A stretch of DNA of 64,000 bases from Armatimonadota bacterium (GCA_020354555.1 CP070648.1:710656-774655); one strand, 5' to 3'; counted from the stretch's first letter, positions 9,065 to 19,815 are shown. Translations and numbers: made by a program. Notes: generated by a model not told the origin, from the sequence alone.

Positions 9065-10310
9065 TGCGTATCACCTCCACGGGGTCCAGCGCCGCGGCGC
9101 GCCGGGCGGGGAGCACGCTGGCGACCACGCCGACGACGATCGCCGCGACGATGGCTGCGATGAGTATGCTCGGTTCCCACTGCATCGGCACGACGGTCGC
9201 GGGCTTGCCGCCGAAGGTCCCGCCTCCCGGCCGAGGTGTATTCTGGATGAGCAGCGCCCCTGCGGTCCCCAGTGTGCCGCCGAGAGCGCCGCCGGCCAGC
9301 CCGAAGCCCAATCCCTCGAGCAGGAAGATGCGTGAGATCTGCCGACGGGTTGCACCTATCGTCTTGAGGATGCCGATGTCGCGCGACTTCTGCACCACGA
9401 ACACGAGCATGACGCCCGCGACGGCGAAGAGCGACGCCAGAACGCTGATGCCGACGATGGTGTTGGAGCTGCGGCTCTGCCCTTGCAGCCCGTCCAGGAA
9501 CGCGCGGTTTTCGATGGTCCAGCTCTTCACGTCGAGCCGTGTGTATTTTCGAATCTCATTGGCGGCGGCGTCTGCGCGATAGATGTCGTCGGTGCGCAGG
9601 TTGATCGCGGTGACATCTGTGCCCAGTTCCAGCAGCCCCTGCGCCGGGCGCAGCCGCATGAAGACCCAGCGCTCGTTGGCGTCCGGCAGCCCGAGATCGA
9701 AAACGCCGCGCACGAAGAACGTTCCCGTCTGCCCTTCGTTGGAGGTGACGCGGATGCGATCACCAATCTGCACCCGCAGCTCGTCCGCCATCTTGACGCC
9801 GATGAGCACACCTTCGCGGTCGAGTCGGGTGAATTCACCGTGCGCCATCCGCCTGCCGATGTTGATCACCTTGATCTCGCGCTCCGGCTGGACGCCGATG
9901 ATGGCCGCGCTGATGGTGCGCGCGCCGCGAGCCACAACGCCGCCGCCGGTCGCGCGAGCGGCGACGCCCGTGACGTGCGGGGTGTGCTCGATGACGTCCA
10001 TCAACTCCCGCCACTGCTCGATGGTAGAGCGCTGCTGGTACGCCGAATCCACTTTGGCCACGACCGGCGTGTCGGCGTCAATCCCCGCCTCCCACAAAGG
10101 CCGCGGTTCGCGCTCCGGCGGGGTCACCGTCACCAGCGGCGAGCCGCCGAGGATATCCTCGATCAACCCGACTTGCAGCCCGTTGATGAGCGACGAGATG
10201 AAGATGATAAGCAGCACGGCAACCGCCACCGCAGCAACGGTCAGCACAGTCTGGCCGCCGCCCGTGATGAAGTGCCGCCAGGCCACGCTGCGCTCGAAGC
10301 GCCACATCAT
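9057..10310 (-). CDS. ABC transporter permease (FtsX/MacB-type)
   Basis: The 417 aa protein has an N-terminal transmembrane segment, a large periplasmic domain, and a C-terminal FtsX 3-TM bundle (NTIVGISVLASLFAVAGVMLVFVVQKSRDIGILKTIGATRRQISRIFLLEGLGFGLAGGALG). It overlaps both neighbouring genes by 4-8 nt. Confidence 0.85.
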   Translation of the reverse strand: MMWRFERSVAWRHFITGGGQTVLTVAAVAVAVLLIIFISSLINGLQVGLIEDILGGSPLVTVTPPEREPRPLWEAGIDADTPVVAKVDSAYQQRSTIEQWRELMDVIEHTPHVTGVAARATGGGVVARGARTISAAIIGVQPEREIKVINIGRRMAHGEFTRLDREGVLIGVKMADELRVQIGDRIRVTSNEGQTGTFFVRGVFDLGLPDANERWVFMRLRPAQGLLELGTDVTAINLRTDDIYRADAAANEIRKYTRLDVKSWTIENRAFLDGLQGQSRSSNTIVGISVLASLFAVAGVMLVFVVQKSRDIGILKTIGATRRQISRIFLLEGLGFGLAGGALGGTLGTAGALLIQNTPRPGGGTFGGKPATVVPMQWEPSILIAAIVAAIVVGVVASVLPARRAAALDPVEVIRSA

Positions 10311-11761
10311 TCCGTCCTCGCTCTCACCCGCGCCCCGGGGCGGACGCTCGCGTCCGCGATCACCGCTTCGCCATCGGAGATGCCGCCGAGCACGACGAGG
10401 CCCTGCGGCCCACTCTCGCCCAGTTCCACGTTGCGCGCCACCGCGCGCCCGTCTTTCGCGATCATCACCGTCGCTCTCCTGCCGGTGATGTTGACCGCCG
10501 ACGCCGGCAGCAGGAGCCGGGGGCTCTCCCCCAGCAACACGTTCACGTCCACCGTCAGATCGCTGCGCAGCCAGTCCGGGGATTCCACGGGACGCAGTCT
10601 AATGAGCAGCGTCCCGCGCTCGGGATTGGAGCGTGCGCCGAGGTCCTTGAGTGCGGCCTTGAAGCTGCGCCCGGGATATGCCTCCGACGTGACGACCGCC
10701 TCCTGCCCCAGCCGCAGGAGCGCCAGGTTTTGCTCGTCGGTCTCAACTTCGATCTCCGGATCCTGCAGTTCGACCAGGCGTATGGCGGTCTGGCCCGGCG
10801 ACACCGCGTCGCCGTCCTCGACGGGGACATCGGTGGCGACGCCGGCAAAGGGAGCGACGAGGGCCGCTTTTCGCTTCTGCTGCTCGGCTCTATCGAGCGC
10901 AGCCCGCGCTTGCACGACGCGAGCGCGCGCGGCGGCGATCACCTCGGGACGGGGCGTGGCGAGCAAGGTCGCGAGCGCCTGCCTCGCCGCCTCGCGGTTG
11001 CCCTCGGCTTCGGCCTGTGCGGCCCGGAGCGCAGCGCGTCCTTGAATGACCTCTTCCTCTCTCGTGCCCGCGCGCAGGAGGTCGAGGCGAGACCGGGCGG
11101 CGGCCGTCGCTTGCTCCGCCGTGCGCAGCGCCGCGCGCGCCCGATCGAGGTCTGCGGCTGAGATGGCCCCATGGCTGTGCAACCGTTCGGCTCTCGCGAA
11201 GTCGGCGCGGGCGAGGTCGGCGGCGGCCATCGCGCGGCTCAGCTCCGCCTCCGCCTCCTGGATTTCCTCGCGCCGGTAACCCGCCTCGAGTTGCCTCACC
11301 CTCTCCTGCGCCTGGTACACCCTTGCCTCGCCGACGCGTTCGGCTTGCTCCAACTGCGCCTCCAGCCGCCGGCGCTCCGATGGCAGCGGCGCAGCAGCCG
11401 CTTGCCGCAGGTCCGCCTCGGCGGCGGCGAGCTGTGTGCGCGCCTGCTCTAACGCGGCATCCAGCTCGCCGGTGCGCAGCATCATCAGGGTCGCGCCGGC
11501 GTCGACGCGGTCGCCTTCCTCAACCATCACCGCCGCGACCACGCCGCCGATGTCGAAGCCCAGACTCGCCTCGCGCACCCCGCGAACTCGACCCGTGGTC
11601 GCCAGTGTCTCCACCACCGGCTGCTCAGCCGCACGGATGATTGCCACCTCGTGAGGAGCAACCCGACCGCGTACCAGCCAAGCCGTAAGCACACTCACGA
11701 TCAGCAGCAGGACAACCCAGCGCCAGGGGATGCGGCGCCTACCGGCCTGTGTTTCGCTCAT
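10307..11761 (-). CDS. HlyD-family periplasmic adaptor (DevB-like)
   Basis: The 484 aa protein has an N-terminal anchor (WRWVVLLLIVSVLTAWLV), a long Ala/Arg/Glu-rich coiled coil, and a beta-barrel C-terminus. It lies immediately upstream of, and overlaps, the permease gene. Confidence 0.85.
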   Translation of the reverse strand: MSETQAGRRRIPWRWVVLLLIVSVLTAWLVRGRVAPHEVAIIRAAEQPVVETLATTGRVRGVREASLGFDIGGVVAAVMVEEGDRVDAGATLMMLRTGELDAALEQARTQLAAAEADLRQAAAAPLPSERRRLEAQLEQAERVGEARVYQAQERVRQLEAGYRREEIQEAEAELSRAMAAADLARADFARAERLHSHGAISAADLDRARAALRTAEQATAAARSRLDLLRAGTREEEVIQGRAALRAAQAEAEGNREAARQALATLLATPRPEVIAAARARVVQARAALDRAEQQKRKAALVAPFAGVATDVPVEDGDAVSPGQTAIRLVELQDPEIEVETDEQNLALLRLGQEAVVTSEAYPGRSFKAALKDLGARSNPERGTLLIRLRPVESPDWLRSDLTVDVNVLLGESPRLLLPASAVNITGRRATVMIAKDGRAVARNVELGESGPQGLVVLGGISDGEAVIADASVRPGARVRARTE

Positions 11762-12197
11762 GCCATCCGTCTTCTCTCATGCGGCCCGACATCCTTGCCC
11801 TGAGTCGCGACAACCTCTCCCTTGCGCGCCATGCGGTTGGGGTCGCCGACGACTGCCGCGCGGGCGGCCCGGCGGTTCGCCACGGCGTGTGCCCGGTTGC
11901 GCCCGCGTTTCGGGTCCCGCGCAGCTCGGGCTCAACTCCCACAGTGTGGAGATGACGAATGGCACGAGAATCGACAATGATCGGGAGGATTCGACCGCAG
12001 GGCGGATGAACATGGCCGATGGTTCGGAGATGGCTGCTGGCAAACTCGCTGAGCGGCTTGAGTGGTCGAGCGATTCGCGCGCTCGAGGATGTCAGTCCGA
12101 AGCGGAGATGAACAACCGGAGCCAGCGGCGGCGTAGCAGCCGGTAGCACGACTTCTTAAGCATATGGCTTCGGGGTCAGAAAGGAGGTGGACGCGAG

Positions 12198-13076
<879 letters not shown>

Positions 13077-13235
13077 GCCTCGACCTGCAACCGGCGCAGC
13101 GTCTCGTGCTCGTGCGAGGCGCGCCACGAACTAAGCGGCCCGCCCCGGTGAGCATCAGGGCGGGCCGCTCTCTTCTCGGCTCGTATGCGCCGTCGACGGT
13201 CGCCGAGACACGGGGCCAATGCATTCTACGAACGC

Positions 13236-14852
13236 TCAGCGCGCCGACGACCACCCCTTGCCCGATAACGAAATGGTCACTGTGCACGCGTCGGCGCCAG
13301 GGGAGCACGTCACGCGCACGGCGCCGCTGTCGTCGCGGCTGGTCTGAGCCGTGCCTTTACCCGCAAACGCAACCTCAACTTCGGCTTCGGTGCTCGGCGG
13401 CACCCAGATGACCGTCTCGCCGCCGTTTTCCAGAGGCGCGAAATCGAGTTCGAACCGCTCGTCCGTACTGTGCATCCGGCTCGGCACGCCGGCGATCGCC
13501 TCCGCATACGGCCGCGTGATCAGCGGCATCACGGCGAGGTCCTGGAACTCCTTGCCGTACTGCCAGTACGCCCAACCGCACAGGAGTTCGTCGAACGCAT
13601 CCATGTGGTGCCGGACGAGCAGTCCGCCGTCCGGCCGCTCCACTTGAGGACTCCACGTTCCCCACTCGCCGAACCATGTGGGCATGCCCATGCTGTCGCC
13701 GCGCTGCTGGGCGCGAGCGAGGAACTCCTTGAGATACGCCGACGTGCCGGTGTACGGGAAGTCGAAATTGGTGGAGAAGTCATAGAAGTGAAGAGAGAAG
13801 ACGAGATTCGGGAACGGTCGGCCGGCGGCGTCCTGCGGCGCCTCCAGGCCGGAGCGCAGCAGGGCTCCGGACATATCACCCGGCGGCGGGTCGAGAAAAA
13901 TGACGTGGTGCGGATCCGCCTCGCGGATCGCGGCGACGACGCGGTTGTAGAACGGCTGCAAGACCGCCCGCTCGAACTCCTGCGCCGGGGCGCTCGCCGC
14001 GTCCAGAGCCGGGAACAGCGCATCCCTCTCAAGTAACGCCTTCACGATCCCGGCGATCGCGTCGCCGCTGCTCGCCGGGTCTCCACCCTGGCCGGCAAGA
14101 GCCGCCCCGGCCTCGGGCCCGAGCTGCTGCATTGCCCCCATTGCCATCGCGCCGATGATGGTGCCGAAGGCACTTCCATACGACGGCTCATTGATGACGT
14201 TGTAACCGATGACGTTCGTGTCGTCGCGGAATCGCTTCGCCACGTGCTGCCACATCGCGATGAAGCGGTCCTGGATGCCGACCCCGCCCGGCCCCGGCTT
14301 GTTGGCGTAGAAGTTGTCGAACGCCCGCATCACCGCCGGGGACATGTACGCCATGAACCAGCCGCCGCCGGGGTGGCTGTACTCGAGCCCGTCGTCCACA
14401 CACGCCCACTCCGGCGCGCCGTCGCCCCCGTACTTGCGCGAGTACAGATCCTGGTGCATGTCGAGGACGACCTTGAGCCCGGCCTCGCGGCACCACTCCA
14501 GGCGCTCCGCGACCTGATCGAGATACGAGTCGTCGTACTGCCCGGGCTGCGGCTCTACCGCCTCCCAAACGGTGAGATAGCGCACACTATCGAATCCGGC
14601 CTTCCTCAGCCACGCGATCTCGTCCTTGCTCTGCCACGGCAGGAACGGCGGCGCCTTGCAGGAATTGGCGACGTTGACGCCGTGGAGTATGAGCACTCGC
14701 CCCTGGCCATCCACAATCCAACGGCCTTCCGTGCGCGCGTAGCTGTCACCGGGTGCGCTCTGGCCCATCGCGAAGCCGTTCAGCGCCACCAGCATCAGCA
14801 CGGACGCGAGAACCTGACCCACTGCGCTCGGCCACATGGCGTTCCTCGCCAT
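13236..14852 (-). CDS. Glycoside hydrolase family 5 protein (endoglycoceramidase/cellulase-like)
   Basis: The ORF runs 13236..14936. The likely start is the ATG at 14852 (GGAGG ribosome-binding site), giving the signal peptide MARNAMWPSAVGQVLASVLMLVALNGFAMG. GH5 signatures include VLILHGVNVAN...GFDSVRYLTVWEAVEPQPGQYDDSYLD...GLKVVLDMHQD...VIGYNVINEP (catalytic NEP). Confidence 0.8.
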   Translation of the reverse strand: MARNAMWPSAVGQVLASVLMLVALNGFAMGQSAPGDSYARTEGRWIVDGQGRVLILHGVNVANSCKAPPFLPWQSKDEIAWLRKAGFDSVRYLTVWEAVEPQPGQYDDSYLDQVAERLEWCREAGLKVVLDMHQDLYSRKYGGDGAPEWACVDDGLEYSHPGGGWFMAYMSPAVMRAFDNFYANKPGPGGVGIQDRFIAMWQHVAKRFRDDTNVIGYNVINEPSYGSAFGTIIGAMAMGAMQQLGPEAGAALAGQGGDPASSGDAIAGIVKALLERDALFPALDAASAPAQEFERAVLQPFYNRVVAAIREADPHHVIFLDPPPGDMSGALLRSGLEAPQDAAGRPFPNLVFSLHFYDFSTNFDFPYTGTSAYLKEFLARAQQRGDSMGMPTWFGEWGTWSPQVERPDGGLLVRHHMDAFDELLCGWAYWQYGKEFQDLAVMPLITRPYAEAIAGVPSRMHSTDERFELDFAPLENGGETVIWVPPSTEAEVEVAFAGKGTAQTSRDDSGAVRVTCSPGADACTVTISLSGKGWSSAR

Positions 14853-15078
14853 CGGATTCCTCCCACCGAGCCGCTGATTCGCTCCGAAGGGCAAAAGCTC
14901 CTCGCCGTCGGCGGGTCGAGGCAGCCCGGACGGCACGTGCGCTCACCGATACCCGCCGAGGCGGCATTCCCGAACGCCGTCCTCCGGCATCGCGGGTTGA
15001 CGCGACGCATGCCCCCGCGTAGTATTGGCAGGACCAGTCGGGATGCTGCGTCCCGAAGTGAGGAGGTGGCTCTCAGCC

Positions 15079-16158
15079 ATGCACCTGCATTTCTCCCGTC
15101 GTCTCGTCTTTGTCTCGCTGCTGTTGGCCGCGCTGACGTCGCTCGGCGCGTCCGCCCGCAACCTGGACGGCACGCTCGCCATGATCGTCAGGCCGATCTC
15201 GACGCTCCCGACCATCGTGCAGGCCGGCGATGCGTTCGAGGTGACCATCGTCGCCGGACAGCCGGTCGAGGAAATGCGGGTGGCGCTCTACCGGGGCCCC
15301 GACGATACCATCGTCTTCACGCATTCCCGGCAGGAGCCGCCGCTCCAGCCGCAGGACGGCTCGATTACCGTTGAGGCAGTCGTGCCGCAAGACATGGCGC
15401 CCGGGCTCTACGACATGCTCGTTACCACCAGGCCCGATCGCCGGCGCGATACGGCCGAGCGCGCGGTGAAGGTCGTGGCGCAATGGCCGCAGTCCTACGT
15501 CTTCGCCCACGTCACCGACGTGCACATCGGCCGCGAGGATCCCCCACTGCGCGACCAGGTCTTCAAGCGAACCATCGCCGAGATCAATCCGATGGGAGTG
15601 GACTTCGTGCTCATCAGCGGAGACGATACCGATCGCGCGACGCCGGAGCAGTACCGTGACTTGCTGCAGCCGCTCGACGGCTGTGAAGTGCCGACGTTTC
15701 TGTCGCCGGGCAACCACGACCGCGCTGAAGGAGAGCAACCGGGCGCCGCCGGCAACATCTACGAGCGTTACTGCGGGCCGGGCAATTACGCGTTCGATTT
15801 CGGCTCCCATCGCTACCTCTGCCTCGATACGAGTTGGGGGTGGGAATACCTCAACCTCCCTGCCAATCGCACGTGGCTGGAGCAGCAGCTCGAGCGGCCG
15901 AAGCCTTCGATGGGTGTCGCGTTCTCCCACCGCTTCAGTGACAAGGAGTTCCCGTACTTCCAGGAGCAATTGCCCGCCAACAACTACCGGCTGTGTGTGT
16001 ACGGCCACACCCACGACGACGGCATGCAATGGATCGGCCCCAAGCGGCTGATGCTGCTCAACACGAGCGAGGAACTGATGGGGACGTACAATATCGTCAC
16101 CATCTCCGGCGATCAAGTCTTTGCGATTGACCACGTCCAGCGCAAGTGCGCGGACTGA
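15079..16158 (+). CDS. Secreted metallophosphoesterase (calcineurin-like)
   Basis: The ORF runs 15025..16158. The likely start is the ATG at 15079 (GAGGAGG ribosome-binding site), giving the signal peptide MHLHFSRRLVFVSLLLAALTSLGASA. Metallophosphatase motifs are present: FAHVTDVHIG, VLISGDDTD, SPGNHD and VYGHTHDD. Confidence 0.75.
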   Translation: MHLHFSRRLVFVSLLLAALTSLGASARNLDGTLAMIVRPISTLPTIVQAGDAFEVTIVAGQPVEEMRVALYRGPDDTIVFTHSRQEPPLQPQDGSITVEAVVPQDMAPGLYDMLVTTRPDRRRDTAERAVKVVAQWPQSYVFAHVTDVHIGREDPPLRDQVFKRTIAEINPMGVDFVLISGDDTDRATPEQYRDLLQPLDGCEVPTFLSPGNHDRAEGEQPGAAGNIYERYCGPGNYAFDFGSHRYLCLDTSWGWEYLNLPANRTWLEQQLERPKPSMGVAFSHRFSDKEFPYFQEQLPANNYRLCVYGHTHDDGMQWIGPKRLMLLNTSEELMGTYNIVTISGDQVFAIDHVQRKCAD

Positions 16159-16319
16159 GCACGGGCTGTCGGCGCGAGCAAAGCGGGCTGCCCCGGCCAG
16201 ACCAGAAGAGACATCCCCGTCGCCGCGGGCGCGACGACGTACGTGAACTTCTTCCTGCAACCGGGGTGAGGAGTCTGGAGCCAGCGCGTTCGCGGCCGCG
16301 CGGCGACGGTCCCAGGCGA

Positions 16320-17516
16320 TCAGGTGCCAAACGATCCCGCGCGCTTTGAGCGCAGGTGGGCGGCGACGGCGAACAGGCTCAACGCGAAGAACATCGCGGG
16401 CGGGATGAGCATGCCGGTGGCGACGCCTGCGCGCTCACTGACATACCCCATGATGATGCTCACCGCCAGTGTGCCCGGCCCGGATACCGCGTTTACCGCA
16501 CCCAGCACCGTGCCCGTCTGGGTGGGGAAGCGCTCGCCGGCGTAGCCCAGGGTCGAAGGCCAGTTGAGCGACGTGCACAGCCCCGCCATGCCGTACAGGA
16601 CGACGACCGCGGGGAACGCCGGCGCACGCACCGCGAGCAGCAGAATCCCCGCGCCGATCAGCGACCCCAGCGCGATGTTCGGCAGCGGCCCCAGGGGCCA
16701 ACGCAGAGTGCCGCGCAGGAGCCGTCCTATGACGTAGGCGGTGCCGTGCGCCGCAACCAGATACCTGGTCATCTCCGGGCCTGCATTGAAGCGCTCTTTC
16801 GCCATGAGGATGAGCCAGAAGTAGGCGCTGTTATCGGCGGAGGTGTGCAGCACGCCCAGAATGAGCACGACGAGGAAGAAAGGGCTGCGCGCCAGCGCGG
16901 CGACGCTTTCCCAGCGCACCGGTTCGACGCCGGTTCGCCGGCCCAGCGACCGCGCCGGCACCACTGCGAGCAGCAGCAGGAACAGCGGCGCGCTCGCCAG
17001 CAGCAGCACGCGCCACCCGCGCGGCTCGCCGTAGCGGGCGGCTGCCGAAGCCAGCAGCGCGCCGATCACCAGCGGTATGAGCACGCTCGCCAGCGAGACC
17101 CACAACTGCCAGCGCGCCATCGCGCGCGTGCGATCCTCGGGGTGGAGGTCCGAGAAGTACACCATCGGCACGACGTTGAGCGCCCCCGACGCTTGGCCGA
17201 AGACGACCATGGTCACGGCGAGGAGCACCCAGTACGGCGCCAGGCCACCGGCGATGCACGCCCCCGCCGCGATCAACAGGACGACGCGAGCCAGCGCCGC
17301 GACTGCAACGCTATCGAGCAATATGCCCGCGATGAGCGCCGCAATGCCGTAGCCGAAAACGCTCGCCGGCCCGAGCAGCCCCATGCGCTCGTAGCTCAGG
17401 CGGAACGTGCTCTGGAATGCCGGCTGCGCGAGCGCGTAGAGGCTCATGACGATCTGGGGCGAGATGCCCACTACCCCGATCCAGACGGTGGCGATCCATC
17501 GCGCTCGCGTTGTCAT
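16320..17516 (-). CDS. MFS transporter
   Basis: The 398 aa protein has 12 predicted hydrophobic helices, with a cytoplasmic loop RTRAMARWQLW between TM2 and TM3 and a central loop. Confidence 0.8.
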   Translation of the reverse strand: MTTRARWIATVWIGVVGISPQIVMSLYALAQPAFQSTFRLSYERMGLLGPASVFGYGIAALIAGILLDSVAVAALARVVLLIAAGACIAGGLAPYWVLLAVTMVVFGQASGALNVVPMVYFSDLHPEDRTRAMARWQLWVSLASVLIPLVIGALLASAAARYGEPRGWRVLLLASAPLFLLLLAVVPARSLGRRTGVEPVRWESVAALARSPFFLVVLILGVLHTSADNSAYFWLILMAKERFNAGPEMTRYLVAAHGTAYVIGRLLRGTLRWPLGPLPNIALGSLIGAGILLLAVRAPAFPAVVVLYGMAGLCTSLNWPSTLGYAGERFPTQTGTVLGAVNAVSGPGTLAVSIIMGYVSERAGVATGMLIPPAMFFALSLFAVAAHLRSKRAGSFGT

Positions 17517-17600
17517 GTCATGGTTCCGAGTCGAGACATGAGGTGGGCAGCAATCATGACGCGAAGGCCGGCTGGCGCGTGCCGTCGCGCCAGCGCGCCG

Positions 17601-18578
17601 TCAACCGTCTTGCCCATACACCCAATCCGGCGCCAAGCAGACGTGTTTGATGCGCGTCCGCATGTGCGTGTAGGTGACGTGAACCAGGCCGCCGCGATCC
17701 TGGATGATGGCGGGGTACGAGAACTCGCCCTCGTCCTCGCGCTCCAGGTCGCGCACGACGGGGAACGTCTCCCCGTCGTCTTCCGACACCGCGAGCGAGA
17801 GCGCGCTGCGCCCGCGTTCCAGCGGATTGAACGCGAGGACGACCCTGCCGTCGGCGAGCTTGACCATGTCTACCGCGGCGCCGGGGTTGGGCATGTCGGT
17901 GTTGACGGCGGGCTCCCACGTTCTGCCGTTGTCATGAGAGACGCTGCGCGCGATGCGATGCTGTCCGCAGGGACGCAGCAGCGCGAGAATCGAGCCGTCG
18001 GACCGCTGGATCATGGTCGGGTGTTGGTTGGGCACACCGGGCAACTCGCCGGTGTACCACCACGTGTCCCCGTCGTCCTCCGAGATGAGGAACAGACTGT
18101 GTTCGCTCGAATGCTCGACGCCGATAATCGTGTCGCCGTTCGCGAGGTCGAGGGGCTTGGTGCGAAAAACACACCCCCATTCCGCGCGCAGCATGATGTC
18201 CTCACTCCACGTATGTCCGAGGTCATCGCTGAGCTTCATCTTCTGATCCACCGTATCCCAGCGCACGCCCGGACCCGGCGGGCCGTCGAGCTTGCCGTGC
18301 ATGGTTCCGTAGAGCAACTGAAGCCGGCCTCTGCGATTGACCCATAATATCGCATTGCCCTCGGGCTTGCCGGGGGTGTCCGCCACGATCAGCGGAGGGC
18401 GACTCCATGCGCCCCCGGGCGCCTTGCGGGCGATCACCACGGCGGCGTCGGGCCGCGCCTCGTCTTCGCCGGCGTACCACGCGGAAAGCAACTCGCGGTT
18501 CGGCAGTTCGACGATGACCGCACAATGACACCGCGGAAGCCGCTCCGTCGGCTCATGCACCCAATCCCATTCGAACAT
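17601..18578 (-). CDS. BNR/Asp-box repeat protein, sialidase-like (GH33-like) beta-propeller
   Basis: Four Asp-box motifs (S-x-D-x-G-x-T-W/F) are present: SDDLGHTW, SEDDGDTW, SHDNGRTW and SEDDGETF. There is no signal peptide. Confidence 0.75.
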   Translation of the reverse strand: MFEWDWVHEPTERLPRCHCAVIVELPNRELLSAWYAGEDEARPDAAVVIARKAPGGAWSRPPLIVADTPGKPEGNAILWVNRRGRLQLLYGTMHGKLDGPPGPGVRWDTVDQKMKLSDDLGHTWSEDIMLRAEWGCVFRTKPLDLANGDTIIGVEHSSEHSLFLISEDDGDTWWYTGELPGVPNQHPTMIQRSDGSILALLRPCGQHRIARSVSHDNGRTWEPAVNTDMPNPGAAVDMVKLADGRVVLAFNPLERGRSALSLAVSEDDGETFPVVRDLEREDEGEFSYPAIIQDRGGLVHVTYTHMRTRIKHVCLAPDWVYGQDG

Positions 18579-18793
18579 CCCGCCCTCCCTGTCAGATTTC
18601 GTTCTGGATACCGCGCTCGGGGTGTCATCACCTCTTCAACGGCCGCGGCGCAGTGCGCGCCGACCGCGGTCATCGCGTCCGTTCGCGCGCGAGCGGCGTG
18701 AATGCCCCCGGGCGCGCCGCTCCGGAGCTCTGCGGCGGCGATCCAGGTCGGCCTCAGGCGGGAACTCGGCGGGGCTCGCCAACGTCAGAAGGA

Positions 18794-18822
18794 TTGACAG
18801 TGCCCAGGGGGTATGATACATT
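18794..18822 (+). promoter_or_regulatory. Consensus sigma70-type promoter TTGACA-N17-TACATT upstream of the first repeat-protein gene
   Basis: TTGACA sits at 18794-18799 and TACATT at 18817-18822, exactly 17 nt apart. It is followed by the AGGAGG ribosome-binding site at 18853-18858 and the ATG at 18865. Confidence 0.45.
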
Positions 18823-18864
18823 TACGGATGCGCGAGAGGGGGCATCGCAAGCAGGAGGCGTGAT

Positions 18865-19815
18865 ATGGTCAGGCGGCTCGCGGTACTGGTGCTTGTAGCC
18901 GCGGCATTCGTGCTGATGCCGCAAGCCGATGCGGTTGAGCTCGGGCTTGCCGACATTGCCCTGGGCCAATCGGCGGTGGACCTCTTCAATCAGGAGCCGT
19001 ACGGCCCACCCGATTTCCGTGGCCCGGCGGGGGCCGTGACAACCTGGGGAATAACACTGACCGAGACCCCGACACCCGCCGGTGCTCGTCCCGCGGCGGC
19101 GCGGGGCGCAGTACCTGCCCGCGGAGGAGTTGGCGCGCCGGCTCCGGCCGCCCGTCCAACAGGGGGATTGCAGCTTCGGCTCGGCGGCGGACGCGGTGAG
19201 GACCGGCCATCAACGCCCGCAGCCCCGACTGTGGGCGCTCGCCCTCCGATGCTCCGACTCGGCGGCGGGCGTACCACGCCTGGCGCGGCCGGCCGTGGCG
19301 TCGCGCGGCCGCAGGCCGCCGCGACGCCAGCAGCGAGCGGCGGGCAGACCTACTGGCTCTACAATCAGCCTGGCGGCGTCCAGATCGTCGCCGGTATCGA
19401 AGCCGACGGCAAGGTCAATTCCGTCATCCTCTCGGGGCAGTCGTATCCAGCCAAGACCGAGGGCGGCGTAGCCCTGGGGGACAGTTACAAGTCGGTGCTC
19501 GACAAGTACGGCTACCCCGATACCACTCGCAATGCAGGCGACGCGCTCATCCTCAGCTATCGCAACGCCGGCTTGACTCTGACGCTGCAAAACCTGCGGG
19601 TGCAGACGATCGCCTTGGCCAAGCCGGCGCCGCTGGGCGCCGCAATTGCACCTGGCGGCCCTGCCGCGCCGACGGCTCCCGCACGGACCGGTGTGCGGCC
19701 GCTGGGCCCGACGCGGCCCGGCGTGGCGAGACCGCGGACGGCGCCCGGGACGCCCGGGACGCCGGGTCAGAGGCCGAGGTTGAGGCTTCGCCTCGGCGGC
19801 GGCAGAGAAGACTAG
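18865..19815 (+). CDS. Secreted Pro/Ala/Gly-rich protein with LRLGGGR repeats (uncharacterised family)
   Basis: The protein has a signal peptide MVRRLAVLVLVAAAFVLMPQADA and a conserved N-terminal box EPYGPPDF. There are three copies of the motif: GLQLRLGGGRGEDR, MLRLGGGRTTPG and a C-terminal RLRLRLGGGRED. The central globular domain is QTYWLYNQPGGVQIVAGIEADGKVNSVILSG...GDSYKSVLDKYGYPD. Confidence 0.7.
   Translation: MVRRLAVLVLVAAAFVLMPQADAVELGLADIALGQSAVDLFNQEPYGPPDFRGPAGAVTTWGITLTETPTPAGARPAAARGAVPARGGVGAPAPAARPTGGLQLRLGGGRGEDRPSTPAAPTVGARPPMLRLGGGRTTPGAAGRGVARPQAAATPAASGGQTYWLYNQPGGVQIVAGIEADGKVNSVILSGQSYPAKTEGGVALGDSYKSVLDKYGYPDTTRNAGDALILSYRNAGLTLTLQNLRVQTIALAKPAPLGAAIAPGGPAAPTAPARTGVRPLGPTRPGVARPRTAPGTPGTPGQRPRLRLRLGGGRED

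Noticed and set aside
9483-11045. 520 aa plus-strand ORF antisense to the HlyD and permease genes
   Set aside because: The product is Arg/Ala/Ser-rich and homopolymeric at the C-terminus (…SACAARSAARP) with no motifs. The minus strand encodes a well-formed HlyD/FtsX operon.
11730-12149. Mutually overlapping ORFs 11730..12146 (plus, 138 aa) and 11739..12149 (minus, 136 aa) in the HlyD/DUF1559 intergenic region
   Set aside because: Both are Arg/Pro/Gly-rich and overlap each other completely on opposite strands. Only a short internal 64-codon frame on the plus strand looks mildly protein-like, and it is noted as speculative.
15073-18347. Large antisense ORFs (15073..16260 minus, 395 aa; 16356..18347 plus, 663 aa) across the phosphoesterase, MFS and sialidase-like genes
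   Set aside because: They show extreme Arg/Gly/Asp/His bias (…RRARGDGDVSSGLAGAARF…; …HRGRDEHAGGDACALTD…) and overlap genes that have clear family motifs on the other strand.
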